In this document: positions 25,587 through 32,596 of the stretch, in pieces | How positions within the stretch are numbered: the first letter of the stretch is position 1 | Layout: each line of letters starts with the position of its first letter | IMG/VR virus record: IMGVR_UViG_3300047504_000025 | Coordinates: 1 to 36,779 of that record | Direction: 5' to 3' (one strand) | Length of the DNA stretch: 36,779 bases | Source: a virus | Lineage: Duplodnaviria > Caudoviricetes | The notes under the pieces: model-generated | The model's input: the letters and a program-made list of their open reading frames with translations, nothing else | The model's database searches: none | Told to the model about the DNA's origin: nothing | Made by a program: the position numbers and the translations under genes

Positions 25587-26171
25587 ATTTGTGAGAGATA
25601 TAGTTGGGGCAAAAAAGAGGTCAATGGAAAAACAATAGCAATCGTGGTCACAGCTAAAGAGATTTACCACACCGAACAGGGAAAATTAACGCAGAAACAC
25701 TGCAATAATGACCCGACCGAGTATTGGGGCCATTCTGCTATTGCGTTTTACCATAGCATAGACCCCGTAACAATGCGCCATAGGGAGTGTGAGGATTTTT
25801 CAACGCCTGATAATTTCCCACCTGAACTGGTTGCCGCGATTAAGGCCGGGGATATGGCCGAGTTTGGGGTAACAGAGCGTATGGTTGCGGGTTTGTTATC
25901 TCAAAAAGGGAAAAAAAGACATAAGAGTAAATGTAAGGCAGACGCCGAGTGGCAGAAGGCAGACACCGAGTGGCAGAAGGTAGACGCCGAGTGGCAGAAG
26001 ACATACGCCGAGCGGCAGAAGGCAGACGCCGAGTGGCAGAAGGCATACGCCAAGCGGCAGAAGACATACGCCGAGCGGCAGAAGACAGGCACTGAGTGGC
26101 AGAAGGCATACGCCAGAATTTTTTGGGACGTTTTTGCGGATATTAAATACCGGGCCGGGGCGTGGAAATGA
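25587..26171 (+). CDS. Heptad-repeat protein, probable ATT start
   Basis: ATT-TGT-GAG gives (M)CERYSW...GHSAI.FY...ECEDFSTPDNFP; track starts at GTG 25644. Confidence 0.6.
   Translation: MCERYSWGKKEVNGKTIAIVVTAKEIYHTEQGKLTQKHCNNDPTEYWGHSAIAFYHSIDPVTMRHRECEDFSTPDNFPPELVAAIKAGDMAEFGVTERMVAGLLSQKGKKRHKSKCKADAEWQKADTEWQKVDAEWQKTYAERQKADAEWQKAYAKRQKTYAERQKTGTEWQKAYARIFWDVFADIKYRAGAWK
25935..26113 (+). repeat. 21-bp coding tandem repeat, about 8.5 copies
   Basis: GACGCCGAGTGGCAGAAGGCA variants encoding ADAEWQK/TYAERQK. Confidence 0.9.
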
Positions 26172-26353
26172 AACTCCTCCCCAAAGCACAGATTGACCAA
26201 GACGCCCGGAGTATTGTTCGGGGGTGGCAATGTACATACGGACACCGCAATCTGAGGCGTATTTATCTGGCAACTCGGCGAGAAGTTTTGTTTATACTTA
26301 ACGAATCCAAGAAACAAGTTAAGCGATTAGATAACAAACAAACCTCTATCTAA
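26168..26353 (+). CDS. Basic hypothetical protein
   Basis: ATGA overlap. Confidence 0.5.
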   Translation: MKLLPKAQIDQDARSIVRGWQCTYGHRNLRRIYLATRREVLFILNESKKQVKRLDNKQTSI

Positions 26354-26375
26354 ATTTTTATTTATTAAACTTTGA

Positions 26376-26421
26376 AAACCCCACGTTAGAACAAGCGTTG
26401 GGGGATTAGGATAGAAGGGCA
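26376..26421 (+). promoter_or_regulatory. Candidate phage-specific promoter/operator, copy 2
   Basis: AAACC-N12-AAGCGTTGGGGGATTAGGATAGA. Confidence 0.6.
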
Positions 26422-26444
26422 GTAATCATAAAATAGGGGTAGCA

Positions 26445-26819
26445 ATGGCTAAACGACTTATTACACGACGTGAAGAAGAAATTTACCGGCTATGCCATCC
26501 CGATTTTGACGGCCTCCCCATCGACCAGGCCGCAAAGAAGCTGGGGATTAGCCGGGAAATTGTCCTCCGGCATTTGAACAGTGTCCGGCGTAAGGCCCCC
26601 CAGCTTTCGCCCGTGCTTAATACCCGGCAAAAACTGATATTAGCCCTGATACGGGGTGGGCAGACGAACTCCACAACGATTGCATCGTTGACTGACATAC
26701 CGGAAAGCACTGTCCGGGGAATAATTGTGGTTTTAGAGGCCAACGGTTTTGTGGCCCCTAAATCTGAAACACACGGTTATACGCCCGGCTGCGATAGCCG
26801 GGTGGTGGAGAGGTTTTGA
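26445..26819 (+). CDS. Double-HTH regulator (sigma region 4/LuxR-like plus second HTH)
   Basis: ITRREEEIYRL...IDQAAKKLGISREIV..HL and LNTRQKLILAL...IASLTDIPESTV. Confidence 0.75.
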   Translation: MAKRLITRREEEIYRLCHPDFDGLPIDQAAKKLGISREIVLRHLNSVRRKAPQLSPVLNTRQKLILALIRGGQTNSTTIASLTDIPESTVRGIIVVLEANGFVAPKSETHGYTPGCDSRVVERF

Positions 26820-26820
26820 T

Positions 26821-26967
26821 ATGATAGTGATAGGATTGTTAAATACCGGTGGATACGGCTTTGGTTGGGGTTGGACTAAGAAAGAAGCCATTGACCACAT
26901 CCTTACTAAGATTGAACACGATGGGTTAGATTGTTTGTTAAACGTTTTGTGGTGTATCCTCGTTTGA
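26821..26967 (+). CDS. Small hypothetical protein
   Basis: GAGG RBS before MIVIGLL. Confidence 0.4.
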   Translation: MIVIGLLNTGGYGFGWGWTKKEAIDHILTKIEHDGLDCLLNVLWCILV

Positions 26968-27119
26968 GGTATATAGTATCCCGTGAACAGATTGTAAATA
27001 ACGAAGACATTGTGGATTTACAAATATATGCAGGTGCGCTGACAGGTAATAAACTCTTAAAAACCTTTCAAAAATTCAAAACTTTTTTCCGGCCTGACGA
27101 GGACACTGAGCGTGTATAA
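26931..27119 (+). CDS. Small hypothetical protein
   Basis: TTG start, 8-nt overlap with recG start. Confidence 0.4.
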   Translation: MFVKRFVVYPRLRYIVSREQIVNNEDIVDLQIYAGALTGNKLLKTFQKFKTFFRPDEDTERV

Positions 27120-29085
27120 TTGGCGAACCAAAATTCAAGCAGTGCGCGGCGTCGGCCCCGTCCGGGCGAAGGAACTCGCGGGTCTCGGTGTAACTACAGT
27201 CGGCGACCTCCTCGAACACAAGCCCTCCGACTGGATTTTCCCCGGCACAACCCCCATCCGCGACCTCTGTGTTGGGGAACAGGCGTTGATACAAGGTAGG
27301 GTCATATCCTGTTTCAGGCGACCAACGCAGGCCCCCATCGTTTCAGTCATGGTTGAAGACGAGACCGGGAAGGTTGAATTGGTATTTTTCAACCAAGTTT
27401 GGCTTCTAAATAACATCCGAAAAGGGATGCTGATTGCCGTATGGGGTAAAGTATCAGAGTACAAAGGACAGCCCCAGTTTTCCGGGCCTAAGTTTTCGAC
27501 CTGTGCATTTAAGCCGGATGAGATAACAGGCGGTTTATATGGTAAATACACACAGACGATTCGGGCGGCGTTGAGGGCGGTGCTGGCGGATGTTGAGATA
27601 CCTGATTGGATTAACCCCGACCTGTATGACCGGGCGGACGCTTTTTATTTCCTGCATTTCCCGGAGAACAAGCAACAATTAGAAGATGGGCTGGAACGGC
27701 TCCGGTACGACGAACTCTATCTACAGCAGATGGCTGTCGCAATCAAGAGACGGCAACAGGAACATACGCCTGGCAAAAAATATGAATATAGTCACTCTAA
27801 AGAGTGCGATTTAGAGGACAAGATAAAGCACTATTTTCCTTATAAATTTACCAGCGACCAAGATGCCGCTCTCCGAGATATTCTTAGGGACTTGTATCTA
27901 TCAAATAAACCGATGAACCGCCTCCTCCACGGTGACGTTAGCTCAGGCAAGACGGCTGTTGCGTTCTACGCGGCGATGCTTACGGCCCTGAATAATAAGC
28001 GGGCGATTATACTTTGTCCCACGACAATTTTGGCCTCCCAGCACTACGATGTTTTGAAATCTTACGGATGGGACGATGTGGAATTGTTTATCGGCGGCTA
28101 TGAAAATAAAGCCGAGTGTCATCGCAAGCGGGGAGTATGTATAGGAACAACCGCCCTGTTATGCGATATAGAATTATTAACGAAAGCGTCCCTCGTCATA
28201 ATCGACGAGCAGCAGAAATTCGGCGTGGCCCAACGTGCCTTGCTCCAGAAGTATGGCAACCCACACGTTTTACTTATGAGCGCGACCCCCATCCCTCGCA
28301 CAATCGCCCTCACGGTTTTCGGCGACCTGGATGTATCAACTATCAAGGAAATGCCAATTAAGCGTGGGGCCGTCGTGGCCCGTTGGGTACTACCAGACCG
28401 CCGTGAAGGCGTTTACGAATTGATTGACGAACAACTTAAACAGGGCCATCAGATTTATGTTGTCTATCCTCGTATTGCAAGTGGCGAGGAAGATATGACC
28501 GGCGTGGCCGATGGATACTGTGATATAGCCCGGCGATTCGCTGATTATTCCGTTGCCAGTTTGACGGGTAAAGATACCAGTGAAGTTAAAACGGATACCC
28601 TACGAAAGTTTAAGTCCGGTGAATATAAAATCCTCGTTAGTACAGTTATCGCCGAGGTGGGCCTTGACTGCTCGAACGCCACGGTCATGCTTATAGAGGG
28701 GGCTGATAGGTTTGGCCTGTCCCAACTGCATCAATTAAGGGGTAGAATATGCAGGTCAACTGAAACAGCGTTCTGTTTTCTAATGGCCTCCACCGCCAAC
28801 GATACGTCAATCGCCCGGCTCCGAACGCTGGAGCAAACAAACGACGGCTTCGAGATAGCCGAGGCCGACCTGAGACTGAGGGGGCCGGGCGAATTATTCT
28901 CGACGAAACAACACGGGTTGCCTGATTTAAAGTTTGCGAGTCTGGTGGATGATTACGAATTATTATTAAAAGCAAGAGAATTAGCGAAGATTGTTGTTGA
29001 CAAGTTGGATTTGCCAGAGTATAATGGACTCCGTAAAATGTTGGAAATTAAATATCTGAAACTTGATTTGGTGGGTGTCGCGTAA
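27112..29085 (+). CDS. recG: RecG-like SF2 DNA helicase
   Basis: RGVGP, wedge (DETG..ELVFFNQ), HFP...RL.YDEL, PMNRLLHGDVSSGKT, IIDEQQKFGV.QR, MSATPIPRT, STVIAEVGLD, RFGLSQLHQLRGR, TRG motif DGFEIAEADL.LRGPGE. Confidence 0.93.
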   Translation: MYNWRTKIQAVRGVGPVRAKELAGLGVTTVGDLLEHKPSDWIFPGTTPIRDLCVGEQALIQGRVISCFRRPTQAPIVSVMVEDETGKVELVFFNQVWLLNNIRKGMLIAVWGKVSEYKGQPQFSGPKFSTCAFKPDEITGGLYGKYTQTIRAALRAVLADVEIPDWINPDLYDRADAFYFLHFPENKQQLEDGLERLRYDELYLQQMAVAIKRRQQEHTPGKKYEYSHSKECDLEDKIKHYFPYKFTSDQDAALRDILRDLYLSNKPMNRLLHGDVSSGKTAVAFYAAMLTALNNKRAIILCPTTILASQHYDVLKSYGWDDVELFIGGYENKAECHRKRGVCIGTTALLCDIELLTKASLVIIDEQQKFGVAQRALLQKYGNPHVLLMSATPIPRTIALTVFGDLDVSTIKEMPIKRGAVVARWVLPDRREGVYELIDEQLKQGHQIYVVYPRIASGEEDMTGVADGYCDIARRFADYSVASLTGKDTSEVKTDTLRKFKSGEYKILVSTVIAEVGLDCSNATVMLIEGADRFGLSQLHQLRGRICRSTETAFCFLMASTANDTSIARLRTLEQTNDGFEIAEADLRLRGPGELFSTKQHGLPDLKFASLVDDYELLLKARELAKIVVDKLDLPEYNGLRKMLEIKYLKLDLVGVA

Positions 29086-29448
29086 ATGATTCCTTCGTCG
29101 GTAGAAATTGCTTGGGCCGCGGGTTTGTTCGAGGGTGAGGGGTGCATCACTACAAATTGGTGCCAAGGCAGAGTTAGAAAAGACGGTGGATGTGCCAGGC
29201 CCGAAGGGTATGTACACCCACGCTTAGCATTAGTATCGACTGATTATGACATTATCTGTAAACTTCATAGGATAGCGGGCGGTAAGATATATGGCCCGTA
29301 CAAACCCGGTAAAAAAAGTAAGAAAATATGGTGGTCCTGGCAAATACAAACGGGGGCAGTGGACTTTTTGCGGTTAATCTTTCCCTATTTAGGCTATAGA
29401 AGGCAACAAAAGGCTATCGAACTTTATGGAAAGGACGGAATAGTATGA
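29086..29448 (+). CDS. Single-motif LAGLIDADG homing endonuclease-like protein
   Basis: EIAWAAGLFEGEGCI...TD.DII..L....GG.I...FLRLIFPYL. Confidence 0.85.
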   Translation: MIPSSVEIAWAAGLFEGEGCITTNWCQGRVRKDGGCARPEGYVHPRLALVSTDYDIICKLHRIAGGKIYGPYKPGKKSKKIWWSWQIQTGAVDFLRLIFPYLGYRRQQKAIELYGKDGIV

Positions 29449-29786
29449 GGACATTTAGTACTGGTGCTACACGCGACAATGACGAAATGAAAATAGATTA
29501 CGAAGGGTTTCTCTCGCCGTTAGTGTTGGAACGCTACGGGCGGTATCTGTCGAAGCACCGGGTTCAGGCCGATGGAAAGCTGCGTGACTCGGATAATTGG
29601 CAAAAAGGGATACCGAAAACTGCTTACATGAAGTCGGCGTGGCGTCACTTCCTGAATATGTGGAAGTCACACCGTTATGAGGTTGTTAGAACCGACGAGA
29701 TGAACGAGGCGTTCGAGGATAGTATCTGCGCGGTTCTGTTCAACGTAATGGGGTATCTTCACGAAACCCTTCGAGAAAAAAGATAA
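29445..29786 (+). CDS. dATP/dGTP diphosphohydrolase-like protein (DUF5664-like)
   Basis: RTFSTGATRD...KIDY...NWQKGIP...SAWRH...AVLFN. Confidence 0.75.
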   Translation: MRTFSTGATRDNDEMKIDYEGFLSPLVLERYGRYLSKHRVQADGKLRDSDNWQKGIPKTAYMKSAWRHFLNMWKSHRYEVVRTDEMNEAFEDSICAVLFNVMGYLHETLREKR

Positions 29787-30289
29787 TGATACCCCGCACT
29801 GTTTATCTTGATATGGATGGGGTCATTACGGACTTTTCCGGCGGCGTGATGAACCATTTCGGCCTGAGACGTTTGGGCTACACCACAAACGATATTAAAC
29901 AGTGGAATTGGTTTGGCGATTTTGGTTTGGATGAAAAAGCTGTGTCAGAATTTTTATCAACCAGCCGCAAATTTTGGGCCGGCCTCGATTGGACCCCCGG
30001 AGGCAAGATTCTGTTTTCCATCCTGCATCAGATGTATGGGGAAGACTTATGGCTCTTGACAACACCGTGGGTGGACAATGAGGCGTGCAGAGGCGGCAAA
30101 TTAGACTGGGTAAACAAAAATATCCCGTGCATGACCAACAACGTGATTTTCAATTTTGACAAGTCAAAACTTGCAACCCCCTGGAGCATACTAATAGACG
30201 ACCGCGAAGAAACAGTAGAAAAATTTAGGGCGGCGGGCGGTATCGGAATCTTGATTCCCCGAACTTGGAATAGTAAAGGAAAAATATGA
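29786..30289 (+). CDS. HAD 5'(3')-deoxyribonucleotidase (NT5C-like)
   Basis: YLDMDGVITDF, LLTTP, GK.DW, ILIDD. Confidence 0.85.
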   Translation: MIPRTVYLDMDGVITDFSGGVMNHFGLRRLGYTTNDIKQWNWFGDFGLDEKAVSEFLSTSRKFWAGLDWTPGGKILFSILHQMYGEDLWLLTTPWVDNEACRGGKLDWVNKNIPCMTNNVIFNFDKSKLATPWSILIDDREETVEKFRAAGGIGILIPRTWNSKGKI

Positions 30290-31197
30290 GAGTAGCTGAA
30301 ACGACCATAGAGTGTAAAAGTCGGACCGACCGATTTGAACTATTCGTGTTCGGCGATATGCACATAGGTAAGCGAAACTGTGATGAGAACGCCATACGAA
30401 AACAGGTCGCCGAGATATTACGCCGCAGTAAAATGCCGGGTCGCCACGTCCGGGTCTTGTTGGGCGGGGATAACGTAAACGCCGTGATACCGAAGGATAT
30501 TAAACGGTTTGACTTCAATGATATGGCCGATTGGTTCGTATCCGATGAAAAATTGGACTGGCGTGAAATGTTGGGCGACGCTATCAATCAGGAAATACGC
30601 CGGGCCATTGGCATACTCCAGCCGATACGGCACCTGATAATCGGGGCCTTGCACGGCAACCACGAAGACGCCATCCGTAAGCACCATAATGTTGATGTCC
30701 ACGCCCGACTCTGCGATAAGTTGGAAATCGAAGACCTGACGGATGAGGCGTTTGTCCGTTTGAAATTTAATTGTGGTGGAAACGGTTCAACAGTTAAGGT
30801 CTATCTCCGTCACGGTTACGGCGGAGGCCGGGGGGCCGGGGCCGAGCCGAACAAACTGTCGGCAATTATGGCCGAATGGGAGGACGCTGATATATGTTTC
30901 ACAGGCCATACCCACTCGTTCTGTATATCAGCCCCCAAGCCGGTGCTATTTATCCCGAACCGGGGTAAGTTGCCGTCGAAACTGTGTATCCGGCATCGCT
31001 ACGCCGCAAACTGGGGTTGCTGGTTGCTCTCACATATTTTGGGGCCAGGGTCTTACGAATCAGCAGCCTGCTATCCGTCCCGACCTATGATGACCGTGAA
31101 GGCCGTTGTCTGGCCGTTCCACCACTCGACCCAGTTGGGCGGGGAACAAGATATAGTTCGCCCGAAAATTGAGTTAAGGTCTTATGCCATATCGTAG
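30286..31197 (+). CDS. Calcineurin-like metallophosphoesterase
   Basis: GDMHIG, GGD, GNHE, HG, GHTH. Confidence 0.9.
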   Translation: MRVAETTIECKSRTDRFELFVFGDMHIGKRNCDENAIRKQVAEILRRSKMPGRHVRVLLGGDNVNAVIPKDIKRFDFNDMADWFVSDEKLDWREMLGDAINQEIRRAIGILQPIRHLIIGALHGNHEDAIRKHHNVDVHARLCDKLEIEDLTDEAFVRLKFNCGGNGSTVKVYLRHGYGGGRGAGAEPNKLSAIMAEWEDADICFTGHTHSFCISAPKPVLFIPNRGKLPSKLCIRHRYAANWGCWLLSHILGPGSYESAACYPSRPMMTVKAVVWPFHHSTQLGGEQDIVRPKIELRSYAIS

Positions 31198-31210
31198 GAA
31201 ATAAACTTTA

Positions 31211-31804
31211 ATGGAGAAAAATACTATAATAGGTGGCGATTTTGTTTTAATAGGGCATACCATTAGGCCCAATTCTGTAGATTTAATTTTTACCGACCCG
31301 CCGTATGTGAAAGAAGGAATACCCTGTTATGAAGCGGTCGCTAAATTAGGAGCGCGGCTTCTAAAACCCAGTGGATTTTTAGTTGTTTATGCTTCAGATT
31401 ATTGGCTCGCCGAGACATTTCCCCCGATGTTAAAATGGTTAAATTATTGGTATTTATACCATCATATCAATTTGCAAAATGCTACTGTGTGGCCCCGGCA
31501 TATATTCGCTAAAGCTAAGTCTTTAATTGTATTCAGTAAAGGAAAAGCAATTCCCCAAAAATGGCATAGCAACTTACCCGCAACCGGGACAAAAGAAAAA
31601 TCACATAGAAAAGATAACTGGGAACAGACAGTAGACAAAGCTAAGTTTTTCATCGAAAATTTTTGCCCCGCTGGGGGGTTAGTTTTAGACCCAATGTGCG
31701 GCAGTGGAACAACTTTATTAGCTGCTAAAGAATTAGGACGAGATTATGTTGGTATCGACCAAGACGAGGAACAGGTAAAAATGGCACTAAAAAGGACAAC
31801 ATAA
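31211..31804 (+). CDS. N6/N4 DNA methyltransferase (beta class, orphan)
   Basis: DLIFTDPPY before VLDPMCGSGTT. Confidence 0.9.
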   Translation: MEKNTIIGGDFVLIGHTIRPNSVDLIFTDPPYVKEGIPCYEAVAKLGARLLKPSGFLVVYASDYWLAETFPPMLKWLNYWYLYHHINLQNATVWPRHIFAKAKSLIVFSKGKAIPQKWHSNLPATGTKEKSHRKDNWEQTVDKAKFFIENFCPAGGLVLDPMCGSGTTLLAAKELGRDYVGIDQDEEQVKMALKRTT

Positions 31805-32022
31805 TGCCCAGAGCCACCGACGGATGCGGAAAAACTGATGACCCCCGCCCGGTTGATAAACGGGAATACGACCGGAACTATTTAAGGGTGTTCGGGATAC
31901 CCTGCGAGGATTGTAAAACAACGGGCGTGCTACCGACGTTACCAGGAATCAGGACGCGATATAGATGTGAGAATTGTAGAGGATTAGGATACGTTCCTAA
32001 AAAGTTTAATAAAAATAGCTGA
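31804..32022 (+). CDS. Small zinc-finger protein
   Basis: CEDC..TG...CENC.G.G. Confidence 0.65.
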   Translation: MPRATDGCGKTDDPRPVDKREYDRNYLRVFGIPCEDCKTTGVLPTLPGIRTRYRCENCRGLGYVPKKFNKNS

Positions 32023-32212
32023 CGCGGCCACCGCCCTCTGCACCATCCTGGTCATGTGGAACCACGCCGGGAGCCGGAACTGGTGGCTGCTTTACGCCAT
32101 GTCCTCGGTCGTGTTCGTTGCTCTGATGGTGTATAAACGCCTGCCGGGGTGGGCCATCGCCGGGATTATATTCTTCGGAATCGGCGTTCGTAATTATTGG
32201 GTTGGAGGATGA
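31991..32212 (+). CDS. Small 3-TM membrane protein (half-PnuC-like); start uncertain
   Basis: Not in the track. ...ADAATALCTILVMWNHAGSRNWWLLYAMSSVVFVALMVYKRLPGWAIAGIIFFGIGVRNYWVGG; first ATG (32054) falls late in TM1. Confidence 0.55.
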   Translation, partial: TFLKSLIKIADAATALCTILVMWNHAGSRNWWLLYAMSSVVFVALMVYKRLPGWAIAGIIFFGIGVRNYWVGG

Positions 32213-32213
32213 T

Positions 32214-32441
32214 ATGAGGAAACGGTATATATCAGACTTTATAGTTGGGGTTTTTAACGCTTTGGATAAACTTATACTTCGGTTTGCTTGGATTAAGACC
32301 CTATTCGGGCATCGTAAAATGTTCGGGGGCCAACTCCGCCGCCACCCCCACCAGGTCGGGCGTAACACTCCGTGCTGGTGCGGGTCGAAACGGAAGTATA
32401 ACAAGTGCTGTTGGTTGAATGACCAGAGAGTGGGGATATGA
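32214..32441 (+). CDS. SEC-C zinc-binding motif protein
   Basis: GGAGG RBS; VGRNTPCWCGSKRKYNKCC. Confidence 0.8.
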   Translation: MRKRYISDFIVGVFNALDKLILRFAWIKTLFGHRKMFGGQLRRHPHQVGRNTPCWCGSKRKYNKCCWLNDQRVGI

Positions 32442-32596
32442 GAAAGCATAAAAAGCACTTTCCTAAATATCCAATGGGTATGGCGTATACGGCGTGTGGC
32501 AATACAACGGCCTACACAACCAATCCTTTATCCTTTCAGCGTAGATTTGTAACCTGTAAAAACTGTAAACGGACAAAAAGATTTAGAAAAACATAA
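32438..32596 (+). CDS. 52-aa basic zinc-finger protein
   Basis: Not in the track. MRKHKKHFPK...TACG...VTCKNC; ATGA and TAATG overlaps. Confidence 0.65.
   Translation: MRKHKKHFPKYPMGMAYTACGNTTAYTTNPLSFQRRFVTCKNCKRTKRFRKT

Noticed and set aside
21260-26113. CRISPR array at either 21-bp repeat
   Set aside because: Both are spacer-less tandem repeats; one is protein-coding
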